NCBI GenBank assembly: GCA_039794845.1 | Contig: JAUQVK010000115.1 | Span: 32,001 to 96,000 of the forward strand | DNA: 64,000 nucleotides | Reading direction: 5' to 3' | Source: Thermostichus sp. DRC_bins_24 | GTDB taxonomy: Bacteria; Cyanobacteriota; Cyanobacteriia; Thermostichales; Thermostichaceae | Shown here: positions 30,676 through 40,726 of the stretch, piece after piece | Layout of the letters: the number at the start of each line of letters is the position of its first letter | How positions within the stretch are numbered: the stretch's first letter is position 1 | Program-made: the position numbers and the translations under genes | Notes under the pieces: model-generated | What the model saw: only the letters and a program-made list of their open reading frames with translations | Databases searched by the model: none | What the model was told of the DNA's origin: nothing

Positions 30676-31518
30676 CTAGGGTTCCAAAGCTCCAAAACGA
30701 AAGGCGGCCATGCTGAGCACTCCGTAGGTATAGCCCTGGAAAAGTTGTGCCCAAGTGTTGGCAGGGCCGCCGGCTCCTGCCGCTACAAAGAGGGGCAGTA
30801 AATGTTCCTCGCGGGGATGGTTGCGCACCGCCTCTGGAGCCAGAGTTCGGTAATCGAGCAGTTCTTGCACCTGTCCGCTGCTGATGGTTTGGGAAAGCCA
30901 TTGGTCGAAGTGGGCAACCCAGGCTGGGGGCTTGTCGGTAAACTCGGCTTGGGTTTCGCTCCAACCGGCTGTTGGAAGAGGCCTCCGCCATGCAGGCGCG
31001 ATCAGCTCCCGTAGGTTGTGGGTGGCACCGCCACTGGCCAGAATGAGCACCCCCTCTGCTCGCAAGGGCTGTAGGGCTTGGCCCAGATGGTAATGGTAGG
31101 CGGGATCCTTTTGCGGCTGGATGGACAACTGCACCACCGGGATCCGCGCTTCCGGGTAGATCAGCAATAGGGGGTTCCAAGCGCCATGATCCAAGCCGCG
31201 ATTGGGGTCAATTTGGGTTGGGATCCCGGCAGCAGTTAACATCGCCTGAACTCGATTGGCCAGAGCTGGATCCCCGGGGGCGGGGTAATGCAATTGGTAG
31301 AGCGGGGGCGGGAATCCGTAGAAGTCGTGGATAGTTGCTGGTTGAGGGGCAGCACTCACCGTAGGCTCTGGCGTTTCCCAATGGGCGGAAATAACCAAAA
31401 TGGCGCGGGGGGTTGGCAGAAGGGATCCCAATGTTTTGAAGAACTGCACCACAGGCCCAGACTCTAGAGGCAGGGTAGGCGCTCCGTGGGAGATAAACAG
31501 ACTGGGCAGAGCATTCAT
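30676..31518 (-). CDS. DODA-type (LigB/YgiD) extradiol dioxygenase
   Basis: LFISHGAP, ISAHWET, RGLDHGAW, NHPREEHLLPL. Confidence 0.92.
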   Translation of the reverse strand: MNALPSLFISHGAPTLPLESGPVVQFFKTLGSLLPTPRAILVISAHWETPEPTVSAAPQPATIHDFYGFPPPLYQLHYPAPGDPALANRVQAMLTAAGIPTQIDPNRGLDHGAWNPLLLIYPEARIPVVQLSIQPQKDPAYHYHLGQALQPLRAEGVLILASGGATHNLRELIAPAWRRPLPTAGWSETQAEFTDKPPAWVAHFDQWLSQTISSGQVQELLDYRTLAPEAVRNHPREEHLLPLFVAAGAGGPANTWAQLFQGYTYGVLSMAAFRFGALEP

Positions 31519-31730
31519 CTGTTTGGCTCAATAAAGTTTTTGTTCGTACAATTTGATAATAGCAAGGCCGTTGACTCTAATGAAGTACGTCGGGAGGTAC
31601 GTTGGGCGGGGCGGGGATGGGTTCAATGCAATGCTAGAACGGTGAAAGTGGGGGCTTGTGGGGGTTGCCCCAGGCAGTTTTGACAAAGCGTTTAAGAGCA
31701 GATTTAGCAGATCTAATAGAGGTGCTGAAC

Positions 31731-32267
31731 ATGAGTGAAAACTGGGCGAAACGGTTGCGCAACGGGTTGATCGCCTTGGCGGCGGTGATTTTGGCGACAG
31801 GGCTATTTTTTGCCAATCAAAGCCGCAATGCCACCACGCGTTTGGAGGTTCTGGCGCAACAGGCGGTACCTCTGGAAGAGGCCCAAGCCAATTTCAAACC
31901 CTCTTTGGTGGAGTTTTACGCCGATTGGTGCACCAGTTGTCGAGCCATGGCGCCGCTGCTGGCCGGCCTGAAGGAAGAGTTCGCCGATCGGGTCAACTTT
32001 GTCATGCTGAATGTGGACAATCCCAAGTGGTTACCGGAACTGAGCCGCTATCGGGTGAACGGGATCCCCCATTTTTTGTTTTTGGATCGACAGGGAGAAT
32101 CCCTTGGAGCGGTGATTGGAGAGCAACCGGAATCGGTGTTACGTGCGAATTTGCTGGCTTTGGCGGCTGGGGATCCCTTAACCTTGACGGGTAGTGGGCC
32201 GGTCTCCGGGCTGGAGCGGGGTACGCCCATTCTCCTGGATCAACCGGATCCCCGTAGTCATGGCTAG
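31731..32267 (+). CDS. txlA: Membrane-anchored thioredoxin-like protein TxlA/HCF164-like
   Basis: N-terminal TM helix, EFYADWCTSC, NVDNPKWLPE, DPRSHG tail. Confidence 0.85.
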   Translation: MSENWAKRLRNGLIALAAVILATGLFFANQSRNATTRLEVLAQQAVPLEEAQANFKPSLVEFYADWCTSCRAMAPLLAGLKEEFADRVNFVMLNVDNPKWLPELSRYRVNGIPHFLFLDRQGESLGAVIGEQPESVLRANLLALAAGDPLTLTGSGPVSGLERGTPILLDQPDPRSHG

Positions 32268-32407
32268 GAAGCTTTGACCTCTTCCACAGGGGCCAAGCGG
32301 TTTGACCACCGGTTCATTGCTGGCAAAAGCAGAGCGTCCTCCCACTCAGCCACTGAGGATCGGTGCTGTAAAGTGGGTCAGAATACTGCAAACGGTGCGG
32401 GATTCCA

Positions 32408-34111
32408 ATGTCTGTTGCCCCTTTCGACTTCAGCCACTTTTTTACCCATACTGAGATCCTGGAGTTTCTCCGGCAGATGGCATCTGCCTACCCTGATTTG
32501 ATCACTTGGGAGGTAATTGGGCAGAGCTATGAGGGGCGGGATATTGTTTTGGCCACCCTCACCCAGCGCCACACCGGGCCAGCCCTTGAAAAACCCGGCT
32601 ATTGGATCGATGCCAACACCCATGCCGGGGAAGTGACGGGATCCGCAGTGGCTCTGTACGACATTCACTACCTGCTCACCCACTATGGCCGGGATGAACG
32701 GGCAACCCGCTTGCTGGATGGATACACCGTCTACGTGTTGCCCCGCATCGCCGTGGATGGCTCAGAGAAATATCTAACCACCCCCTACCGTCTGCGCTCC
32801 GGCACTCGTCCCTACCCGGAACCGGATCCGCAACCGGGTCTTTACCCAGAGGATGTGAATGGGGATGGCAAGATTTTGCAGATGCGCAAGCAGGATCCCT
32901 GTGGGGCCTGGAAGGTATCCGCCTTAGATCCGAGGATTCTGGTACGGCGGGATCCCGATGAGTTTGGCGGCACCTACTACCATCTGATGACCGAAGGGCT
33001 GATTCGGGAGTTTGATGGCTACGATTTGCCGATGGCCCCAACTCTTGAAGGACTGGATTTTAATCGCAATTATCCCCACGAATGGGTACCCGAAAATGAG
33101 CAGGTGGGGGCGGGGGATTTTCCCTATTCTGAGCCGGAAACCCGGGCTATTGGAGAATTTTTGCGCACCCACCCCAACATCAACGGCTTTGTAACCTATC
33201 ACACGTCTTCTGCCGTTCACATTCGCGCCTACGCCACCCACCCGGACGAACACTACCCCCCTGAAGATCTGGACATTCACAAGCTGATTGGGGAAAAAGC
33301 CACCGAGATCACCGGTTATCCCACCATTTCTGGCTACCACCACTTTCGCTATCACCCGAAGAAGGTCAGCCACGGCAACTTCAACAGCTATGCCTACGAT
33401 GCCTTTGGTTGGTACGGGTTCACCACAGAATTGTGGGATCTGCCCACCGAGGCGGGGGTGGAGAAAAAAGATTTCATCCAGTGGTTTCGCTGGCACCCCG
33501 AAGCGGACGATTTGAAGATGTTGAAATGGAATGATCAGGTTTTGGGGGGGCGTGGCTTCATCGATTGGCAGGCCTTCGATCATCCCCAGTTGGGCAAGGT
33601 GGAAATCGGCGGCTGGGATTACAAAGCGGTTTGGCAAAATGTGCCCCCAGAATTGCTGCCGGATCTGTGTGACAAGCATTGCCGCTTCGCCATTGCCCAT
33701 GCCCTGATGTCACCTCGGTTGGCCTTGGCCCGCAGCGAAGTGCATCGCCTTGGATCGGCAGCAGAGGGATCCCTATCTTTGTTTTGGGTGGTGGTGCAGT
33801 ACGAAAATCAGGGGTTCCTGCCCACCTATACCAGCCAAAAAGCCCTGGAGCGCAAGGCGGTACGGCCCATTCAAGTCAGTCTGGAACTGCCGGAAGGCTC
33901 TACCCTGATCACGGGATCCCCAACGCAAGAACTGGGGCATTTAGAAGGGCGCTCCAACAAAGCCTACGGTGAAATCATGTCTTCCAGCACCGGCATCGAC
34001 TATCGCCGCAAGCTGGAATGGGTGATTCAAGCGCCGGTAGGCAGCTCTCTCCAAATTGTGGCCCGAGCAGAACGGGCCGGAACGGTGCGCACTCAATTGT
34101 TGTTGGATTGA
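32408..34111 (+). CDS. M14 family zinc carboxypeptidase
   Basis: HAGE, DFNRNY, SEPET, TYH. Confidence 0.9.
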   Translation: MSVAPFDFSHFFTHTEILEFLRQMASAYPDLITWEVIGQSYEGRDIVLATLTQRHTGPALEKPGYWIDANTHAGEVTGSAVALYDIHYLLTHYGRDERATRLLDGYTVYVLPRIAVDGSEKYLTTPYRLRSGTRPYPEPDPQPGLYPEDVNGDGKILQMRKQDPCGAWKVSALDPRILVRRDPDEFGGTYYHLMTEGLIREFDGYDLPMAPTLEGLDFNRNYPHEWVPENEQVGAGDFPYSEPETRAIGEFLRTHPNINGFVTYHTSSAVHIRAYATHPDEHYPPEDLDIHKLIGEKATEITGYPTISGYHHFRYHPKKVSHGNFNSYAYDAFGWYGFTTELWDLPTEAGVEKKDFIQWFRWHPEADDLKMLKWNDQVLGGRGFIDWQAFDHPQLGKVEIGGWDYKAVWQNVPPELLPDLCDKHCRFAIAHALMSPRLALARSEVHRLGSAAEGSLSLFWVVVQYENQGFLPTYTSQKALERKAVRPIQVSLELPEGSTLITGSPTQELGHLEGRSNKAYGEIMSSSTGIDYRRKLEWVIQAPVGSSLQIVARAERAGTVRTQLLLD

Positions 34112-34205
34112 CGCTCATTCAGCCAAGCCCGAGGCTACAGCCGGAGATTCCTTATTCCCCGAGTCTTGGCTCATTCTCAAGTCCTGACCCGTTTGGGTTC
34201 CCCAC

Positions 34206-35300
34206 CTACACTTCTCCCCAGCCAGGTTCTAGCTTCTGTTTCAGAGGTCGATATACCTTAAAGTAGGCAATGGATCCCGCCTGTCTGGCTAAGGCTTTAC
34301 CGGGAGTATCTCCGCCCATGCAGCGTTGGCAAACGGGGTTGTTTACCTGCAGGCGATTGAACCCTTGCCGCAAGGCACAGGCAGGTTGGCCCGCCAAAAT
34401 CTCGCCCAGGGATCCCCCCAACGCCAGTTTTCCCAACGGGATCCGTCCTTCATAGTCTTTGCAGCAAGGCACCACCGTGCCATCGCAGAGAACTCCTGCT
34501 TGCCCTGAGACCCCGTTACAGTATCCCCAACGGGCCGGGATCACGTGTTTTGTCTCCACATTGCCCCAGCTATCCAACGGGAAGGTCTCCAAAACCAAGC
34601 GCGGATGAAGGCGAATCTGTTGCCAACGTCCGGGGCGGTGGGCAGCAATTCGGGATCCCATCCAATCGGGATCCGGGGCATCGGGGATCCCTTGCAAGGC
34701 CCGCGTGGCCCAAGCGGAGAGCTCTGCGCGCATCTGTTGCCCGGAATTGATGACCGAAAGAGCCTTGTGAGGCACCAAAAAGGGGTGGGGGCTGGTGTCG
34801 AGAAACTTCAGGTGCACCTGGGTGGGGCTCTCGGAGCGCAGATGGGCTTGCAGAAAATCGGTTATGCCCTGAAAGTAACGCTCCGGGCTAAGGCGAGGCG
34901 GTGCCCCCCGGAGGGTGAAGGTAACCGGATCCGGCGTTTGCAGTGAGATCGTTAGTTTGGGCAATCGGCTACGGATCAACTTCTCGATGTGCTCAGGCCA
35001 GAGGGCGAAGGTGCTGCCATTGCTGGTCAGGTGCAGGTTGAGGCCCCGTTCCACCGCCATGTGAATGCCCTGGAAAATGTATGGGTAGATCAAGGGCTCC
35101 CCCATCAGGTGAAAGGCGATCACTCGAGCCAATTGCGTTGCGGCCACCTCCTCCAAAATCTGCTCCAACAGGACGGGATCCATGTGCCCCCGTCGCCGCT
35201 GCATGATCGCATCTGGGCAAAACTCACACTTAAAGTTGCAAACGTTGGTCACCTCGATGTGGAGGCGCTCCAGTTGCGGTATGGGCAATCGCTTGGGCAT
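34206..35300 (-). CDS. Radical SAM/SPASM domain protein
   Basis: CNFKCEFC; C-terminal YC...DGTVVPCC.D...CQRC. Confidence 0.9.
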   Translation of the reverse strand: MPKRLPIPQLERLHIEVTNVCNFKCEFCPDAIMQRRRGHMDPVLLEQILEEVAATQLARVIAFHLMGEPLIYPYIFQGIHMAVERGLNLHLTSNGSTFALWPEHIEKLIRSRLPKLTISLQTPDPVTFTLRGAPPRLSPERYFQGITDFLQAHLRSESPTQVHLKFLDTSPHPFLVPHKALSVINSGQQMRAELSAWATRALQGIPDAPDPDWMGSRIAAHRPGRWQQIRLHPRLVLETFPLDSWGNVETKHVIPARWGYCNGVSGQAGVLCDGTVVPCCKDYEGRIPLGKLALGGSLGEILAGQPACALRQGFNRLQVNNPVCQRCMGGDTPGKALARQAGSIAYFKVYRPLKQKLEPGWGEV

Positions 35301-35448
35301 GGGGAATCGAATAGGAGTCGGGGCGGGATCCCTAACAAGAGGGCGATCCTGTTCATATTAGTTCCCCCCTCTCAATTTCATGAGAATCTCATCATTGTGT
35401 AGGGATCCCTCGGTTAGGCTAGCAATAGACCCTCCTCCTTGCACAAAC

Positions 35449-37281
35449 ATGGCCTACCAACCGATTGAGAACTACGGCATCATCGGCAATATGCAAAGTG
35501 TGGCGCTGGTGGGCATGAATGGCTCAATCGATTGGCTGTGCTTGCCCCGCTTCGATTCTCCCAGTATTTTCGGCGCGATTTTGGACGATGAAAAGGGGGG
35601 GCGCTTTCAAATTACGGCGGTGGGAGAAACCGTTAAAAGTCAGCAATTCTATTGGCCGGATACGAATGTTTTGGTGACGCGGTTTGTCTCTGAGTCGGGC
35701 ATTGGCGATGTGGTGGATTACATGACCGTGGGCCTGCGACCGGATGAACCGGGCTATCACTGGCTGATCCGGCGGGTACGGGCGGTGCGCGGCAGCATGA
35801 CCTTTAAGCTGATCTGTCGGCCCGCTTTTAACTACGGACGGGATCCCCACGACACCAAATTGATCGGCTGTGGGGCCAATTTCATCAGCAAAGATCTGGC
35901 CCTAGAACTGACCGCCCGCCTCCCGTTAGAAATTGATGGGGATGGGGTGGTTTCGGAATTTACCCTACAAGAAGAACAAACCACCTTTGTGGTGCTGCAA
36001 CAGGATCGGGATCTGAGCACCTGCGACATTGTCGAGCAACAACGGGCGGATGAGCTGTTTTTGCACACCGTTCAATTTTGGCGGCACTGGGTTTCGCAGT
36101 GCACCTACACGGGACGCTGGCGGGAAATGGTGCATCGATCGGCTCTGGCCCTGAAGTTGCTCACCTACGAACCCACCGGTGGCATCATCGCCGCCGCCAC
36201 CACCAGCCTGCCAGAAGGGATCGGCGGCGAACGCAACTGGGACTACCGCTACACCTGGATTCGGGATGCGGCCTTCACCATCTATGCCCTCATGCGCATT
36301 GGCTTCACAGAAGAAGCGGCTCGTTTCATGCACTGGATCGAGGAGCGCACCCACGATGCCAACCCCGATGGCTCTCTGCAACTGGTGTACGGCATCGACG
36401 GCCGAAAAGACCTGGAGGAATACACCCTCGATCACCTGGAGGGCTATAAGGGATCCCGTCCGGTACGCATCGGCAACGGCGCCTACAAACAACTGCAACT
36501 GGATATTTACGGCGAACTGATGGATTCGGTCTATCTGTTCAACAAATACGGGATCCCGATTTCCTACGACTTTTGGACCCAACTGCGGCGGCTGGTGGAT
36601 TGGGTCTGCGACAACTGGAACCAGCCGGATGAAGGGGTATGGGAGGTGCGCGGTGGCCCCCAACACTTTGTTTACTCCCGCCTAATGTGCTGGGTAGCGT
36701 TGGATCGCGCCTTGCGACTGGCCAACAAGCGCTCCTTTCCCGCCGACCGTCTGCGCTGGGAACGGATCCGCGACCAAATCTACGAAGAGATCATGGACAA
36801 AGGTTGGAATGAGCAGCTGCAAACCTTTGTGCAGGCCTACGGCAGCGATGCCCTGGATGCTTCTACCCTGATCATGCCTTTGGTGTTGTTTTTGGCGCCG
36901 ACGGATCCGCGCATGCTCAAAACCCTGGAAGCCATTGGCCGCCCGATACGGCAAGGGGGTCTGATGATGGGGGGCTTGGTCCACCGCTACGATGTGCGCA
37001 AAACCGACGATGGCCTGACGGGGGAAGAAGGCACCTTCAACATCTGCTCCTTTTGGATGGTGGAGGCGATGACGCGGGCCGGGGCTGCCGATCCAATCTG
37101 GTTGGAGCGTGCCCGGCTAATGTTTGAGGAGATGCTGGGGTATTCCAATCACCTGGGGCTGTACGCAGAGCAAATTGGCTCCAGTGGCGAGGCTTTGGGC
37201 AATTTTCCTCAAGCCTTTACCCATTTGGCTCTGATCAGTGCTGCCTTTAATCTGGATCGGGCCTTGGGACAACGGGATTAG
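35449..37281 (+). CDS. Glycoside hydrolase family 15 (trehalase/glucoamylase-like)
   Basis: [36 protein letters not shown]. Confidence 0.93.
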   Translation: MAYQPIENYGIIGNMQSVALVGMNGSIDWLCLPRFDSPSIFGAILDDEKGGRFQITAVGETVKSQQFYWPDTNVLVTRFVSESGIGDVVDYMTVGLRPDEPGYHWLIRRVRAVRGSMTFKLICRPAFNYGRDPHDTKLIGCGANFISKDLALELTARLPLEIDGDGVVSEFTLQEEQTTFVVLQQDRDLSTCDIVEQQRADELFLHTVQFWRHWVSQCTYTGRWREMVHRSALALKLLTYEPTGGIIAAATTSLPEGIGGERNWDYRYTWIRDAAFTIYALMRIGFTEEAARFMHWIEERTHDANPDGSLQLVYGIDGRKDLEEYTLDHLEGYKGSRPVRIGNGAYKQLQLDIYGELMDSVYLFNKYGIPISYDFWTQLRRLVDWVCDNWNQPDEGVWEVRGGPQHFVYSRLMCWVALDRALRLANKRSFPADRLRWERIRDQIYEEIMDKGWNEQLQTFVQAYGSDALDASTLIMPLVLFLAPTDPRMLKTLEAIGRPIRQGGLMMGGLVHRYDVRKTDDGLTGEEGTFNICSFWMVEAMTRAGAADPIWLERARLMFEEMLGYSNHLGLYAEQIGSSGEALGNFPQAFTHLALISAAFNLDRALGQRD

Positions 37282-37337
37282 CCGGGATCCCCGGTGACTG
37301 CAGCTAACATAGGCATGGCCCTTTTGGTTTGAGCAGT

Positions 37338-38264
37338 ATGTCGCTACTACCGTCGTTCCTGTCGTCTGTTCCGCCCATTCGTGGCCTGCAAGCGTTGTCT
37401 GTGAGCGTCGGGGTTGCACTGTTCATGGGGGGATCCCTGCCCACTGCCCAAGCCCAGGTGCTGATGCACGTGCCTGTACCCAATGGGGGTTTGATGCAGG
37501 CCCAAGGGCTACAACTGGCCACCGACTCGCTACGATTGGCACAGTTTGGTCAAGCCGAGGAAGCTCTGCGCCGTCTGCAATTGGCGGTTGAAATGGTGCC
37601 CAATTCCTCGGAGCTGCACTATGTTTTGGGGAATGTTCATCTGCAGCTAGGAGACTACGGCCAAGCCATCCAAGCGTTGCAAAAGGCGCGCGCTTTAGCC
37701 CCGGAAGATGCTGCCGTTCTCTACTCCCTGGGATCTTCCTATCTGCGGCAGGGCAGTTACTTTGCTGCCGTTGAAGCCCTAGAACGGGCTGTTGCCCTAC
37801 AGCCGGATAACCCCAACGCCCGCTTCCAACTGGGCAATGCCTATTTGTTACTGAACAACGGTGACCGTGCCCGCCAGGAATACGAAGAGGCCCTGCGGCT
37901 GGATCCCTCCTATTGGCCCGCTATGAACAACATTGGCTTGGTGGATTACGAGCAGGGAGACCTGGAGGCCGCCATTGACCGCTGGGAACGTACCCTAGAG
38001 ATGATCGACACCATGGCCGAGCCCTACCTGGCTCTAGCCACCGCCCTCTATATCAAAGGAGAAACCGAACGGGCGGAAGAACTGGGTGCAAAGGCGATGC
38101 GCCTGGATCCGGAATATGCCCGCCTGCAAGTGCTCCGAGAAAACCTCTGGGGGGAAAACCTCCTGCGCGATGTGCAGATTCTCCTGCGTACCCGCCCTGT
38201 AATGGAAGCCCTGCAACAAGCAGCCGTCGATCAGTTCAACCAGCAAATGGGCCTTTCAGAGTAG
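37338..38264 (+). CDS. Tetratricopeptide repeat protein with signal peptide
   Basis: Repeated LG..Y...G...A...AL.L.P units. Confidence 0.88.
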   Translation: MSLLPSFLSSVPPIRGLQALSVSVGVALFMGGSLPTAQAQVLMHVPVPNGGLMQAQGLQLATDSLRLAQFGQAEEALRRLQLAVEMVPNSSELHYVLGNVHLQLGDYGQAIQALQKARALAPEDAAVLYSLGSSYLRQGSYFAAVEALERAVALQPDNPNARFQLGNAYLLLNNGDRARQEYEEALRLDPSYWPAMNNIGLVDYEQGDLEAAIDRWERTLEMIDTMAEPYLALATALYIKGETERAEELGAKAMRLDPEYARLQVLRENLWGENLLRDVQILLRTRPVMEALQQAAVDQFNQQMGLSE

Positions 38265-38294
38265 GGAGTTATTTCATCGCAATCTTCACCCTAG

Positions 38295-38365
38295 TTCCCC
38301 GCGCTCTACCCATTAGGGTGGTCGTGGAGCAACTCCGTAGGAGTAACATCGGGTAGTTTAGTCAA
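38295..38365 (+). mobile_element. Degenerate right-end-like remnant related to elements A/B (element E)
   Basis: Shares CCCGCGCTCTACCC (38298-38311) with A/B; ends ATCGGGTAGTTTAGTCAA; has an extra ACTCCGTAGGAGT hairpin. Confidence 0.5.
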
Positions 38366-38376
38366 AATCGTTCCTC

Positions 38377-38400
38377 CGTATAGGTTCTCGTATAGGTTCT
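38377..38400. repeat. Perfect 12-bp tandem duplication
   Basis: CGTATAGGTTCT x2. Confidence 0.88.
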
Positions 38401-38430
38401 GTAGTCCTTGCCATTGAGGCTGAAACAGCT

Positions 38431-38470
38431 CCCTCACCCCCGGCCCCTCTCCCAGAGCGGGAGAGGGGAG
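38431..38470. repeat. REP-like small dispersed palindromic repeat
   Basis: CCCTCACCCCCGG-CCCCTCTCCC-agagc-GGGAGAGGGG; internally deleted inverse copy at 27942-27965. Confidence 0.75.
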
Positions 38471-38752
38471 AAAAAAAAGTCTATCGTCGGGGGTTACCTG
38501 TGACCGGCGGTGCCCTATGGGGGGCGAACGCACCAGCGTGCCCTGAGCGTAATGAGCGTAAAGGGCTGTACCGGACTTTTTGCCTTGTCTGTCACCGATG
38601 TAGGGGCGAACGTTGGAGCTTAGCTCTTGGGTTGGCAAAAGGGTTGCGGACTCTTTGCCGCCAGCGGGATGGTGTTCTTACAGCTGCAACCGGCCCTAAA
38701 CCCATGAGAAGTTTTGTGGCTAAGTGGCTGAGAAGACAGCTGGCTGCTATGG

Positions 38753-40726
38753 TTGTCAGGATTCTTGCCCTTTGTCTTGCTTGAGTTTTCCGTCATGGTG
38801 CTGTTACTGGCCAACCTCATCGCGGCTTCGCTGTTTGTGATCTGTCCTTGGTGGGTGCTCAAACGGGAATTTGGCGGCGCTGGGGTTCTAGCAGGCACCT
38901 TTGGGGTAGTTGACCCGCAAGAATTGGGGATCCCTGACGGCTTGGCGGTGGATTGGATCCCTGGGTTGAGCGGGGCTTGGCTGCTGTTGACCCTGGTTTC
39001 CTGTTTGACGCTGGGGATCCGCAAACCTCAGTTGCGGGCGCAGGTGCTCTATGGCTTGGGCCTCGGCGGCCTGCTCCTGTTCGGGGTGGGCTTGTTCTTG
39101 TTCTATCGGGCGATTGGGGCGGTGAATGGGGCAGCCTTGGCGGAAGGGATCCTGCCGGCGCGCTTGCCGTTGCGGCGGTTTAGCCCCTCGTTGGCCGGCT
39201 ACGCCAGTTTTGCCTATGCCTTGTTGTTGCTGCTGTTGGGGCGGCTGCAACTACCGGGGGGGAAAGCCTTTTTGGTGCGGCGGCGGCAGATCGTGGTGCC
39301 CCTCAGTGCCCTGGGGGCAGCGGTGGCGGTGGGGGCGGTGGTGGTGTGGATGTTGCGACCTGGATTGGGTTCCTCACCGGATTTGACTCCCTTTGAGAAC
39401 CTGACCACCAAGTTGGATTTGGTCACCTATACCTTTCAGTTGTTGTTTAGACCCCTCACCCATCTGTCGGGGTTGTTCCAGAGTTTGCTGTTGGCTACCC
39501 CGTTGATTTTTACAGGGTTGGCCGTGGCCTTCGGCTTTCAGGCGGGCCTGTTTAATATCGGTGCTCCCGGCCAACTGACGATGGGGGCCATTGCCACCAT
39601 GCTGGTGGGGGTGTACCTGCCGGGGCCAAGCTGGTTGACACTGCCTTTGTCAATTTTGGCAGCGGCGGTGGGAGGAGGCCTCTGGGGCGGGATCCCCGGT
39701 TGGCTGAAGGCCCGCTTCGGCACCCACGAGGTGATTAACACCATCATGATGAACTACATCGCTGCCTCGATTTTTCTGTTTTTGATCTCCGCCAACCAGT
39801 ACCGCTTTTTCGGCTACCCGATCACTTTGCCCTTCAAAGCCCCGGGCCCCGAAGCCCGTAGCTATGAAATTCGTCCGGAATCGCGGATCCCGACGGTGCT
39901 GGAGTTGCTGGGGTTACAGGGATCCGGTGCGGGGGAACTCTCCTGGGCTTGGCCCCTGGCTTTGGTGGCAGGGGTGGGATTTTACCTGCTGTGGCGACGT
40001 TGGCCGATTCAACGGCGGTTGCTCGGATCCCTGGCGGTGGCGTTGTTGGCTTTTCTGCTGGGGGGGATCCTGCCCGGTTGGCCGGTGGAGGTTCCGGCGG
40101 GATTGGCGGCAATCCGTTTGAATGGGGCCTTTTTGATTGCCCTTTTGGCGGTGGCAGGGGTGAATTTTTACCTGTGGCGGACGATCGAGGGCTATGAGTT
40201 GCGGGCGATGGGCCTCTCCCCCAAGGCGGCGGAATATGCCGGGGTGAACTTGGGTCAAAAACGGATCCTGGCTATGGCCATTTCGGGGGCGTTGGCGGGG
40301 TTGGCGGCCACCCACTATGTCTTAGGAGCAGGTCTGGAGGAATATCGTCTGAAGCAATCTTTGCCCGCCAATGTCGGTTTTGATGGCATTGCCGTGGCTC
40401 TAATGGGGCAAAACTCCCCCCTGGGGATTACCCTCACCGCCCTGCTGTTCGGGGTGTTGCTCACGGGCGGCCTGCAGCTGAACTTGGAATTGGGCATCAG
40501 CCGAGAGCTGGTCACCACTCTCCAGGCTTTAATTGTTTTGTTCATCGCTGCCGGAGGGCTACTGCCCACCTATTTCACGGATCCCTTGCAGGCGGCCCAG
40601 GTGGAAATGGATGCGCAAAGGGCCCTTGCCCCATCTCCAGAACAAGACGGGCTCCCTTCAGGGCCCACCTCTGGCCCACCTTCTGCCCCTCAGCCGCCGT
40701 CGGAAAAGCAGACCGGATTCACCTAA
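38753..40726 (+). CDS. Nucleoside/sugar ABC permease (BPD_transp_2) with extra N-terminal membrane region
   Basis: GLFNIGAPGQ, HEVINTIMMNY, AAEYAG, GFDGIAVAL; start uncertain. Confidence 0.85.
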   Translation: MSGFLPFVLLEFSVMVLLLANLIAASLFVICPWWVLKREFGGAGVLAGTFGVVDPQELGIPDGLAVDWIPGLSGAWLLLTLVSCLTLGIRKPQLRAQVLYGLGLGGLLLFGVGLFLFYRAIGAVNGAALAEGILPARLPLRRFSPSLAGYASFAYALLLLLLGRLQLPGGKAFLVRRRQIVVPLSALGAAVAVGAVVVWMLRPGLGSSPDLTPFENLTTKLDLVTYTFQLLFRPLTHLSGLFQSLLLATPLIFTGLAVAFGFQAGLFNIGAPGQLTMGAIATMLVGVYLPGPSWLTLPLSILAAAVGGGLWGGIPGWLKARFGTHEVINTIMMNYIAASIFLFLISANQYRFFGYPITLPFKAPGPEARSYEIRPESRIPTVLELLGLQGSGAGELSWAWPLALVAGVGFYLLWRRWPIQRRLLGSLAVALLAFLLGGILPGWPVEVPAGLAAIRLNGAFLIALLAVAGVNFYLWRTIEGYELRAMGLSPKAAEYAGVNLGQKRILAMAISGALAGLAATHYVLGAGLEEYRLKQSLPANVGFDGIAVALMGQNSPLGITLTALLFGVLLTGGLQLNLELGISRELVTTLQALIVLFIAAGGLLPTYFTDPLQAAQVEMDAQRALAPSPEQDGLPSGPTSGPPSAPQPPSEKQTGFT

